From NCBI GenBank assembly GCA_965261395.1, contig OZ253462.1:1216001-1280000 (forward strand): 64,000 bases of DNA, in the 5' to 3' direction. Below are positions 55,282 to 64,000 of this stretch, in pieces. The stretch comes from Candidatus Latescibacterota bacterium. GTDB taxonomy: Bacteria > Latescibacterota > UBA2968 > UBA8231. The notes beneath the pieces are model-generated. The model was given only the letters and a program-made list of their open reading frames with translations. It ran no database searches and was not told the DNA's origin. A program made the position numbers and the translations under genes. Position 1 is the first letter of the stretch. Each line of letters opens with the position of its first letter.

Positions 55282-58008
55282 ATGAGCGAAAAAGTTCTCT
55301 TCCTGCTCGATGGCATGGCGTTGGCCTATCGGGGCCACTTCGCGCTGATCCGCGACCCGCGCCTGACCTCGAAGGGCATGAACACTTCAGCCGTTTTTGC
55401 CTTTGCCAACACCTTGCTCTCCATTATCGAAAAAGGCGCGCCAACGCATATCGCCGTCGTCTTCGACACACCGGAGCCTACCCACCGACACCACAAATAC
55501 GAAGAGTACAAAGCCCAGCGCGAGGCCATGCCCGAGGATCTGAGCCAAGCACTGCCGTACGTATTCCGGCTCTGCGAGGCGTTTAATATCCCGGTCTTGC
55601 GCGAGCCGGGGTGGGAGGCCGACGACGTGATCGGCACGTTAGCCAAAAAGGCCGAGGCTGAGGAGTTTGCGACGTACATGGTCACGCCCGACAAGGACTA
55701 CGGCCAGCTTGTTTCCGAGCGGAGCTTTATGTACAAGCCGGGCCGCGGCGGCGACGAGGCCGAGGTTTTGGGGGTGCCGGAAATCCTCGCACAATGGCAG
55801 ATCGAGCGGATCGACCAAGTGGTCGACGTGCTGGGGCTGATGGGCGATTCTTCGGACAATGTGCCCGGCGTACCTGGGATCGGCCCCAAGACGGCGCAAA
55901 AGCTCATCGCCCAGTACGGCAGCGTCGAAGAATTGCTGGCGCACACCGACCAGCTCAAGGGCAAGCAGAAACAGAACGTAGAGGAATACCGGGAACAGGC
56001 TCTGCTCTCCAAGGAACTGGTCACCATCGAGTGCAATGTGCCGCTGGACGTGGAACTGGTGGATTTGGCCAAGGCCGACTGGGACCGCCAGAAGCTGGAG
56101 GCCCTCTTCTCCGAGCTCGAATTCAATACGCTGGGTCGGCGGCTTCTCGGCGACGAGTTTAGCGTCGAAAAGGAGCAGGCCCACGGCCCGCTCAAAGGGG
56201 TGGCCGATGTAGAGCACGACTATCAATTCGTTGATATGCCCGACAAGCGGCGGGCGTTGATCGCGGCGCTGTTGGAGCAGCCGGCGTTTTGCTTTGACTG
56301 CGAGACCAACGGTCTCGACGTCCGGCAATGCGACTTGATTGGCTTGGCCTTTTCGTGGGTACCGGGTACGGGCCACTACGTACAGTTGCCTAGGGAGCGA
56401 GCCGAGGTGCTGGCTGTTTTGGAGGAATTCCGCCCGGTCTTTGAAAGTGGGGCGAGCGAAAAGATCGGCCACAACCTCAAGTACGATCTCAGCGTCCTCC
56501 GCTGGCACGGCATGAGAGTGGAAGGGCCTTTCTTCGACACGATGCTGGCGGCGACCTTGGCTGAGCCAGAGTTGAGACGCAGCATGGACGAGCTGGCCAA
56601 GAGCCTGCTCTCCTACTCGCCCAAACCCATATCCGAACTGATCGGCGAGCGCGGCGGTGAACAGCTAACGCTGTTGCAGGTGCCGGTGGAGCAAGTGGCC
56701 GAGTACGCCTGTGAGGATGCGGACATCACCTTCCAGCTTGCTGCGGCGCTGCGGCCGAAAATCGAGGACATGGAGCAGCACCAAGTCTTCTACGAGATCG
56801 AAGCTCCGCTGCTACCGGTGCTGGTGGACATGGAATTCGAGGGCATCCGCATGGAAACGGCGGCCCTCTCCGCGCTCTCGCGGCAGTTTGAGGAGGCCAT
56901 GGAGCAGGCTGCCGAGCGCGTCTTTGAATTGGCCGGGGAGCGCTTCAACCTCAATTCAGGCAATCAGCTAGGCACTATTCTCTTTGAGAAGATGGAGTTG
57001 GACTCCAATGCCCGGCGGACGCAAAAGACCGGCCAGTACCAAACCAGCGAACAGATCTTGCGTCGGCTGGCCAATCGCCACGAGATCGCGCGGCAGGTGC
57101 TCGACTACCGACTGCATACCAAGCTCAAGTCAACGTATGTCGATCAGCTCCCCGGCGCGGTCTATAAGGCCACCGGGCGCGTCCACACCAACTACGAGCA
57201 GCTAATGACCGCCACCGGGCGGATGAAGTCCGATCGCCCGAACCTCCAGAACATCCCCATCCGCAGCGAGCAGGGGCGGGAAATCCGCCGCGCCTTTGTG
57301 CCGCGCAGCAGCGAATACCTGCTCTTTTCGGCCGACTACTCGCAAATCGAGCTGCGGATTGCCGCCGCGCTCAGCAGTGACGAGGGGATGCTGGACACTT
57401 TCAAAAGCGGCGGCGATATCCACGTTACCACGGCGGTAAAGATCTATCAAGTCGGCGAGGAGCAGGTGACCGACCAGATGCGTCGTCAAGCCAAGACGGT
57501 CAACTTCGGCATCATCTACGGGATCTCGCCCTTTGGACTGGCCGAGCGGCTCGACATTCCGCGCTGGCAGGCCGCCGAGCTGATCAATCAGTACTTTGCC
57601 CAGTATCCAGGGGTGCGGCGCTATCTCGACGAGACCGTGGAGTTCGCCCGCGACAAGGGGTACGTCGAGACGGTGACCGGGCGGCGGCGCTATCTGCGCG
57701 ACATCAACTCGCGCAATGCCACCACCCGCAAAGGAGCCGAGCGCAATGCAATCAACACCCGCATTCAGGGCACGGCTGCGGATATGATTAAGCTGGCGAT
57801 GAGCCGCATCCACCGGCTGCTGCGCGAGGAAGGGTTCCGCTCGGCGATGCTGTTGCAGGTCCACGACGAGTTGGTCTTTGACCTGCACCGGGACGAGATG
57901 GAGACCCTACCACCGCTAGTCGCGCGCGAGATGCGCGAGGCCCTGCCGATGGAGGTGCCGATAGAAATCGAGATGGGCACCGGCGAGAATTGGCTGGAGG
58001 CGCACTGA
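55282..58008 (+). CDS. polA: DNA polymerase I
   Basis: 5'-3' exonuclease (LLDG, EADDVIGT, DKD, GDSSDNVPGVPGIGPKTA); 3'-5' exonuclease (FDCET, HNLKYD, YACEDAD); polymerase motifs ADYSQIELR, AKTVNFGIIYG, LQVHDEL. Confidence 0.97.
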   Translation: MSEKVLFLLDGMALAYRGHFALIRDPRLTSKGMNTSAVFAFANTLLSIIEKGAPTHIAVVFDTPEPTHRHHKYEEYKAQREAMPEDLSQALPYVFRLCEAFNIPVLREPGWEADDVIGTLAKKAEAEEFATYMVTPDKDYGQLVSERSFMYKPGRGGDEAEVLGVPEILAQWQIERIDQVVDVLGLMGDSSDNVPGVPGIGPKTAQKLIAQYGSVEELLAHTDQLKGKQKQNVEEYREQALLSKELVTIECNVPLDVELVDLAKADWDRQKLEALFSELEFNTLGRRLLGDEFSVEKEQAHGPLKGVADVEHDYQFVDMPDKRRALIAALLEQPAFCFDCETNGLDVRQCDLIGLAFSWVPGTGHYVQLPRERAEVLAVLEEFRPVFESGASEKIGHNLKYDLSVLRWHGMRVEGPFFDTMLAATLAEPELRRSMDELAKSLLSYSPKPISELIGERGGEQLTLLQVPVEQVAEYACEDADITFQLAAALRPKIEDMEQHQVFYEIEAPLLPVLVDMEFEGIRMETAALSALSRQFEEAMEQAAERVFELAGERFNLNSGNQLGTILFEKMELDSNARRTQKTGQYQTSEQILRRLANRHEIARQVLDYRLHTKLKSTYVDQLPGAVYKATGRVHTNYEQLMTATGRMKSDRPNLQNIPIRSEQGREIRRAFVPRSSEYLLFSADYSQIELRIAAALSSDEGMLDTFKSGGDIHVTTAVKIYQVGEEQVTDQMRRQAKTVNFGIIYGISPFGLAERLDIPRWQAAELINQYFAQYPGVRRYLDETVEFARDKGYVETVTGRRRYLRDINSRNATTRKGAERNAINTRIQGTAADMIKLAMSRIHRLLREEGFRSAMLLQVHDELVFDLHRDEMETLPPLVAREMREALPMEVPIEIEMGTGENWLEAH

Positions 58009-58135
58009 AGTACCCGTGCGGATACCGGGAAGCGGTGGCGCGGAACGACGCGGTCCCAAAGCTGACGTTTTCTCAACGCAGTCCATTTAGCTGAGACATA
58101 GTCATAACGCGGGTTGCCTTGAGAAAGCTTCGAGG

Positions 58136-59155
58136 CTATTTGCCGGAGGTGAAGGCTTGGAGGTCAATCACCGAGCCGCCGTTTTCCGCCGCCGCGTTGG
58201 CCCCCAATACTGCCGCCAAGCTGTTGAGACTAGGGCCGTAGGGAGACCGCATCATCTGCGGGTCTTCCGCCCGCACGGCGTCGATAAAGGCCCGTGCTTG
58301 GAAAGTGAAGGCGCTCCGATAGGCCCCATCTTCCGCCTTCCACACGCTCTCGCCATTATCTAGCACCTCGCCGGTGGACCATTCGATCAGGGAGTCGTCG
58401 CTTATGATTAGCACCTCACTCCGCGACGCCTCAACATTGGTCAGTACCCGCGAGGTCGTAGCATTGCCTACTACGCCCGAAGCGAAGCGATAATTCACGC
58501 AGTACGCGTAGGGCATATTGATTGGTTCAGGTCCCGCACCGGGCTGGCGTTCAAAATAGAAGGCCGACGCTTTGGCGATGTCTCCGAGAAAATACCGCAG
58601 CAGATCGACGGTGTGGATCGTGTTTTCGACAAAGGATCCGCCGCAGAGTTCGTAGCGGCTCGTCCAGTAGCGGATGTGCTTACCGCTGTAGAACTTGAGG
58701 ATCTGGGCATGCCGCGGCTGGCGTGCCGCCAGCAGTTCCTTCACTGCTTCAGCAGAGGGGTAATAGCGACTCATAAAACCCACCTGTGAGACGACACCGG
58801 CCTTTTCTATCGCTTGGGAAAACTCCGCCGCCTGTCCCATGTCCAGACTCACCGGCTTCTCCACGAAAACGTGGATCCCCTTGTCGACCGCTGTGGTGAT
58901 CTCGTCTTGGTGCAATGTCGGCGGCAGACACACATATACTGCGTCCAATTCTTCCTTTTCGAGCATCTCTTCGTGGGACGCATAGACCGCTTGCGCCCCG
59001 AATACTTTGGCCTGTTCCCGGGCCGCCTCCGCGTTGATGTCGCAAAATGCCTGCAGCACCACCTCTCCCGTCTCCACCAGCGGTGCCAACGCCGGCAGAT
59101 GGGCATGCACGGGAATGTGCCCCATGCCGATAAATCCCAGTCGAATCGCTTTCAT
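58136..59155 (-). CDS. Gfo/Idh/MocA family oxidoreductase
   Basis: GFIGMG, HVFVEKP, GGSFVENTIHTVD; start at MKAIRLG. Confidence 0.9.
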   Translation of the reverse strand: MKAIRLGFIGMGHIPVHAHLPALAPLVETGEVVLQAFCDINAEAAREQAKVFGAQAVYASHEEMLEKEELDAVYVCLPPTLHQDEITTAVDKGIHVFVEKPVSLDMGQAAEFSQAIEKAGVVSQVGFMSRYYPSAEAVKELLAARQPRHAQILKFYSGKHIRYWTSRYELCGGSFVENTIHTVDLLRYFLGDIAKASAFYFERQPGAGPEPINMPYAYCVNYRFASGVVGNATTSRVLTNVEASRSEVLIISDDSLIEWSTGEVLDNGESVWKAEDGAYRSAFTFQARAFIDAVRAEDPQMMRSPYGPSLNSLAAVLGANAAAENGGSVIDLQAFTSGK

Positions 59156-59165
59156 CTCTTTTTCC

Positions 59166-60584
59166 TTATTCTGAAGCTTGGATGACAATGCCTCTGACCA
59201 GCTCGTTATAGCCGCGCTCCTCGTCCCAAACCCCCTCGTTGGCGATCCGATATGCATAGCGCGGGTCGTCCCTAAGCCTAGAGCTGGGATCGGGCAAATG
59301 CAAGTAAGCGGTATACTCGCCCGGTGCCATAGTGGAGGATAGCGGAACCACCGCGGAAACTACATGGGACGCCCCTGGCTTCCAAGTGCGCGGATCGACG
59401 TCGAGGACAAAGGCCTGGCTTGATCTGTTCGCCTCGTTTTCTAAGACGATCTCCACATCGCGCCTATTGTAAAGTGGGGCGAAACCGCGATTGTCTAGGT
59501 CAATCTCCACTGCGAGTTGTCCGCCGGGACTGGCAGTAGCCGCGATGCGGCTCTGGGTCAGGGCAAACCGTGCGCCCAGTCTCCGCATCACCTCGTCAAA
59601 ACAACCCTGTGCGGCCCACTTATCGAGTACTTCGGGGTGATAGCTGCTATTGAGGTAGCTGCCTTTGAGGGTTTCCAGTTCGGTGATGGTGCGCTCGCAA
59701 TCGTTGAGTGCATGCGGCTGGCAGGTCTCCCCGCCAAATGCGGTGTAGAGGGTCTCACTCGCGAGATAGGCTACTTCCTCCTCGCGTGTCATCTCTCCCC
59801 GCTCGTAAGTGCCGACGTCGATCGGCGAGGAGAGGAAACAGTCGTTGTGGTGGCCGACGCGGGCGACGCGCTCGCCGCTATAGGCATTATTGACATCCAC
59901 TATGGCGAAATCGCCGCCAGATATTTTGAAAATCTGCTGTTTTAGGTAGGGATAACGGACCAAGACTAAGCGGTCGGTAGGGGTGTGGTCGAGGATATGG
60001 AACAGCATATCTCGGCCCTGGTCGTAGTCTTTTGCGACCTCTGTCGTGTGCCACTCTCCCCACGGGCCGATAAATCCCGCCTCAAAGAGGGCGATGACAT
60101 CTACATTGGCGGCGAAGATGGGGGATAGCTGCGCGATGTGGTTTTTGACGTTCGGCGTTGGCGGGTCCTCGTACGATGTGTAGTCGCCGCCTGGACCTTT
60201 GAAACCGTAAGATCCCCGGACGATGACTTTCATTCCCTGGTCCCGGGCGATGGCGAACCCGTTTTCTACTGCGGTGAGGAACGACTCCGGCAAGAACGGG
60301 ACCTCGCGATAGGTCTCCATGAAGATCCGCCCCCAGACCAACGTATGTCCCTCGCCTCGCCTCTTGCCGATGGCGGGATCGAGTTCGTGCAAGTTGGTAT
60401 ATATGTAAAATCCTCGTTCGGGGTTGGGAAAGAGGCTTGCGTCGGGCTCGTAGTGAGTCGCGATGACACCGGTGCGAGCTTCATTCATAGTTACTCCCGT
60501 TTGCGCGTCGGCCGTTTTCTCTTTCCCACAGGATAGGGCGCCTATCACAATTGACGCAACGCATGCTGTCATAGCTTTGAACAT
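59166..60584 (-). CDS. DUF4874/DUF4832-type lipoprotein (glycoside-hydrolase-like)
   Basis: Lipobox ALSC, NPERGF, AGFIGPWGEWH, GHHNDCFL, GGET, RRLG.RF. Confidence 0.8.
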   Translation of the reverse strand: MFKAMTACVASIVIGALSCGKEKTADAQTGVTMNEARTGVIATHYEPDASLFPNPERGFYIYTNLHELDPAIGKRRGEGHTLVWGRIFMETYREVPFLPESFLTAVENGFAIARDQGMKVIVRGSYGFKGPGGDYTSYEDPPTPNVKNHIAQLSPIFAANVDVIALFEAGFIGPWGEWHTTEVAKDYDQGRDMLFHILDHTPTDRLVLVRYPYLKQQIFKISGGDFAIVDVNNAYSGERVARVGHHNDCFLSSPIDVGTYERGEMTREEEVAYLASETLYTAFGGETCQPHALNDCERTITELETLKGSYLNSSYHPEVLDKWAAQGCFDEVMRRLGARFALTQSRIAATASPGGQLAVEIDLDNRGFAPLYNRRDVEIVLENEANRSSQAFVLDVDPRTWKPGASHVVSAVVPLSSTMAPGEYTAYLHLPDPSSRLRDDPRYAYRIANEGVWDEERGYNELVRGIVIQASE

Positions 60585-60591
60585 CCAAACC

Positions 60592-62322
60592 TCATTGTGT
60601 GGGTTCTAAGTTGAGTAAGACGAGCAGCCAAGTGCGGTGCCAGTAGGCGCTGTTGACATAGGGATTTTCAGCCGTGGGCCAGTTTTTCCAATAGGTCTCG
60701 TTGTGGGGAATCCGGTGATACCACTGGATCAGCGGGATCGAAGGCAGTTCGCGCAACCAGATATCCATCGCTCGGCGGAAGAGCGCGACCAACTCCGGGT
60801 CGTCCGGCGCGACCTCGGCCATGCGATCGACGATCGCGTCGAATTCTTCATTTTTCCAACGCCAGAAGTACTCGGCTGAGGTGCCCGTCGGCTGCACGAA
60901 GCGACTGTGGTAGAGGCGCAAGGTGAAGTAAGGATCCCGCACCGAAGCCGCGTGCCCCATCACAAAGGCGCGGGCCGTGCCTTGGGTCATGCGGGTATAG
61001 GCGTCGTTGGTGGCGCGGAAGCTGGCCTCAAAACCGGCTTGGCGCAATTGTTCGATCAGCACCGGCGTGAAGTCCTGGAAGAGGTTGGGGAAGACATCTA
61101 CCACTATCTTGAGGCGCGTCCCGTTCTTACTCCAGAACCCGTCCTCGTCCTTGTGCCATCCCTTGCGCTGCATGATCTCCGCCGTGCGGGCCGGGTCGTA
61201 GGTATTTAATTGGTATTGGGCGAAAAGATCTTGGATCTGGTCGATATAGCGCATCAGTGGGGGAAATTCGGGATAGGGATGGAGCGTGAACTTGCCTGCC
61301 CCCTGCCAACCTACGTCAATTATTTGGGCGCGATTGATTGCGTAGTTGACGGCCCAGCGAATCTCTGGGTCGCTGAAGGGCTCTTCAAGATTGTTGAAAC
61401 CCAGCGACAGCGGCCACCAATCCAGATAGCCGTACGGTGCTTCCCGGCCGGTCCAAGTGGAGATATTGGGGTTTTGCTCGAGAACGGTTTTGATATTGAC
61501 GGGGCGCAAGTCCACGCTCGAATCGATTTCGTTGGCCAAGAGTTGCTGGGACCACTTGGCTTCACTGCCGAAGGGCAGATAGATGATGCGCTCCACCTTG
61601 GGTAGTCTCTGGAACCCCAAGCCAACCGCCCACCAGTCCGGCCGCAGATCCCAAACGCGCTGTTCGGGCGCGGCAATCGCTAGGCGATAAGGCCCGCTGA
61701 CCACCGGCCAGCCCTTGGCTAGGTCGAGGTTTTTGAAGGTCGTGGCGTCTTGGTCTTTCCAGATGTGCTCGGGGACGATGCGGACCCCATTGACGAAACA
61801 ATCGGTGAAGTACGAAAACAGAAATCTTGGATTGGGTGCCCTCAGCGCGATGCGCGCCGTCCACTCGTCCACGGCCACCGCTTCGGCGACCCAGGTTTGC
61901 ATATCGGTGGACAGCAGCAACTCCGGCGCGTTGGCCTTGAGCATATTGATGGTGAAGACCAAGTCGCGCGCCGTCCACGGCATGCCGTCGCTCCACTGGA
62001 CCCCAGCGCGGATTTTGATAGTGACTTCGGTATAATCCTCGTTGTATTGGTGGCTCTCCGCGATCCAGGGGATGAGATTGTTTTCTTGGCTATAGGCATT
62101 GTAATAGTAGAGCGGCTCGAAGAGGAAATTAGATCCTGTCGAAGACACGACGCCGGGGATAAAGGGGTTGAAGGCGTCGTAGTCCAGCATCTGGGTTAGT
62201 CCGAGGATCAGCGTCCGATCGCGAGGTACTTGCCCCGCTTGGTCTTCGGCACCACCGCACGCTAAGAGCAAAGCGCAACAAAGCAAAGAGTACCAAATCC
62301 GCGTTTGGTTTCCATATCGCAT
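60592..62322 (-). CDS. ABC transporter substrate-binding lipoprotein (family 5)
   Basis: Lipobox LLAC, PWIAES, WSDGMPWTARDLVFT, GPY, IRWAVNYAINR. Confidence 0.92.
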   Translation of the reverse strand: MRYGNQTRIWYSLLCCALLLACGGAEDQAGQVPRDRTLILGLTQMLDYDAFNPFIPGVVSSTGSNFLFEPLYYYNAYSQENNLIPWIAESHQYNEDYTEVTIKIRAGVQWSDGMPWTARDLVFTINMLKANAPELLLSTDMQTWVAEAVAVDEWTARIALRAPNPRFLFSYFTDCFVNGVRIVPEHIWKDQDATTFKNLDLAKGWPVVSGPYRLAIAAPEQRVWDLRPDWWAVGLGFQRLPKVERIIYLPFGSEAKWSQQLLANEIDSSVDLRPVNIKTVLEQNPNISTWTGREAPYGYLDWWPLSLGFNNLEEPFSDPEIRWAVNYAINRAQIIDVGWQGAGKFTLHPYPEFPPLMRYIDQIQDLFAQYQLNTYDPARTAEIMQRKGWHKDEDGFWSKNGTRLKIVVDVFPNLFQDFTPVLIEQLRQAGFEASFRATNDAYTRMTQGTARAFVMGHAASVRDPYFTLRLYHSRFVQPTGTSAEYFWRWKNEEFDAIVDRMAEVAPDDPELVALFRRAMDIWLRELPSIPLIQWYHRIPHNETYWKNWPTAENPYVNSAYWHRTWLLVLLNLEPTQ

Positions 62323-62389
62323 GTGAAATTCCTTTTATAATGGCCTACGACCAGATGACGACTACATCTATTAGGTACTGAGATTGGTC

Positions 62390-64000
62390 TTAGTAGGCTA
62401 TGGCGAAGGAGCCGACTTGGCGCTCTTGGTCTTTGGTCTCCAGGGTTAGTTCGTAGAGATAAGTGCCCGGCGGCAGGAGCTGTCCTTGTGCATTGCGACC
62501 GTTCCACGCCTGCTCGAACGCCCCGCTTTTGGCGCTGGTCGCCGGCAAGATATGCACCACCCGACCCGCCAGATCGTAGATCCGCAACGACACCGGCCGC
62601 GCCGTGGCCACCTCCCGCAGCTTATAGGAGAAGACTACTTTGTCGTTGACCCCATCGCCATTGGGCGTGAAGACCCCCGGCCCGGCCTCCACCTGGATCA
62701 GCAGATCGCCCCCCAAAGGCGTCTTCACCGAGAGCGCGTCGCCTGAAAAGCGAAAGGTTGCGTTGCCCGGCTGGATCTGCTGCCGCACTTGGTCGGCATC
62801 GGTGCTATTGAATACCCAGCCCGAAAACTCCGTGCCGAAACGCAACACCGTCGCGTCGAAAATCACCTCAATTTGCTTGAAGCTATCCTCTTGCTCGTCG
62901 CGTAACGGGGGGAAGCCGACGATCAGGCGGTCGTCCTCCAGCACCGGCGGGAAAAGCGCGAAATCCACGGCCTGGTCATTGATTAGGACCGATCGCACGG
63001 AATCGACGCGAGTAGGGGTGCGAATTTCCAGATGGTCGAAACCCACATCTCCCACCCCGAAAATCGGGCGTACTACGTAGGTGAAAGTGGTCGGCGTGAA
63101 GTCCTCTACAATGATCGGCCAGATCTCGCCGACCACCTCCTGCGCCGAAGGCACTTCGGCAAACTGCAAACTCAACTGCTCCAGCCGTGGTGCCGCGGTG
63201 AACGTCGAATAGAGCTTGATCTCCACCTGGATATACTGGCTCGGACCCGGCGACAATAGCGCCGTCCCGTCCGCCCAGGCTGCCGCCACCGTCCCCACGT
63301 CCCGCAGGCCCGACGCAAACTCATACGGCGTTGACCAGAAACTCCAGTGCGCCGTGTCGTACACCGGGGCCAGCCGCGCGCCCACGTCGATTTTGAGATA
63401 GTCCTTCAACGCGATCTGGTCGAGGTCTCCGTTGGTGTTCTCGGCAAAGTAGAGGCTGGGGTCGGGCGTCTGCCCGGTGCGGGTGCGGATCTCAATGCGG
63501 GTGCCCTCTGGCACGTCGGCGCTCCAGCGGATTTTGCCCCAGTTGATCGGCTGCCCGAAGTCGAGGATTTGCGTCAGGTAGGTGGTCTCCTCGACAAAGC
63601 CCTCCCCATACACCTCAAACTCCGCGATCTCCCAATTGCGCCGAGGAAAGGGTTGCAGGGTGATCCAGCGGATCGACTGGGTGGGGAAGCGCAGGTCAAC
63701 CACCACGTCCAGGTTTTCGGTGGTGGTCTTGAGTACCTTGAGCTGGGGGTCCCAAGGCTGAACCCATCTCAGCCCCTTGGCGAAACCGGCGACATCGCAA
63801 GTTCCCGAAGCGAAAGCGGCCGTATCGTCCCCTGTGCGGATCTCGTACCACTCGAGTAGATTATCTACGAAGCTATCTTGGCCGAACGCTTCGAGCGCCG
63901 GTTTGGGCGCGGTGAACTCTTCGATCAGCAAGCGATCGTCCACCCGGCTCAGCCGCGGATAAAAGCGAATGCGGTTGACCGGCACCGCGGCACCCAAGTC
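62390..64000 (-). CDS. Secreted FlgD-Ig-domain protein (paralog of 13353-15719), 5'-truncated by the window edge
   Basis: IEIRTRTG, WSFWS, LSPGPSQY, C-terminal FTPNGDGVND...IYDLAGR...WNGRN...PGTY. Confidence 0.75.
   Translation of the reverse strand, partial: DLGAAVPVNRIRFYPRLSRVDDRLLIEEFTAPKPALEAFGQDSFVDNLLEWYEIRTGDDTAAFASGTCDVAGFAKGLRWVQPWDPQLKVLKTTTENLDVVVDLRFPTQSIRWITLQPFPRRNWEIAEFEVYGEGFVEETTYLTQILDFGQPINWGKIRWSADVPEGTRIEIRTRTGQTPDPSLYFAENTNGDLDQIALKDYLKIDVGARLAPVYDTAHWSFWSTPYEFASGLRDVGTVAAAWADGTALLSPGPSQYIQVEIKLYSTFTAAPRLEQLSLQFAEVPSAQEVVGEIWPIIVEDFTPTTFTYVVRPIFGVGDVGFDHLEIRTPTRVDSVRSVLINDQAVDFALFPPVLEDDRLIVGFPPLRDEQEDSFKQIEVIFDATVLRFGTEFSGWVFNSTDADQVRQQIQPGNATFRFSGDALSVKTPLGGDLLIQVEAGPGVFTPNGDGVNDKVVFSYKLREVATARPVSLRIYDLAGRVVHILPATSAKSGAFEQAWNGRNAQGQLLPPGTYLYELTLETKDQERQVGSFAIAY

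Overview
A GC-rich bacterial chromosome segment. The gene content suggests an FCB-group, Latescibacterota-like heterotroph, possibly a marine or sponge symbiont: five PhyH-type dioxygenase genes or fragments, a sulfatase, enolase-superfamily dehydratases, Gfo/Idh/MocA enzymes and FlgD-Ig secreted proteins. This taxonomy is inference only. Housekeeping genes are ssrA (tmRNA, tag (A)DETNTYALAA), ilvD (with a ~120-aa in-frame deletion), tamB plus a TamA/BamA gene, queC-queE, metG and polA. Two integrase-less insertions are each bounded by a long direct repeat containing the first codons of the adjacent gene. Island 1 (~10 kb, 5887-15927, 131-bp repeats) sits at the tmRNA 3' end and is a mosaic of co-oriented catabolic genes and gene fragments. 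Island 2 (~6.7 kb, 44098-50833, 96-bp repeats) carries a coiled-coil lipoprotein, a broken GIY-YIG-like micro-gene with HigA, an intact IS5 and a low-GC two-gene operon. That operon encodes TIR-9xTPR-type IIG target-recognition domain (no methylase or nuclease) plus an ABC-ATPase with a HEPN-like tail, and is the best candidate for an undescribed defence system. The second highlight is a stand-alone ~300-nt transcription unit at 40460-40799 with a consensus-like promoter, several hairpins including a cUUCGg loop, three tandem motifs complementary to the 16S rRNA 3' end, and a terminator. I do not recognise it as a known RNA family. MITE/REP-like elements and several inactivating mutations are also present.
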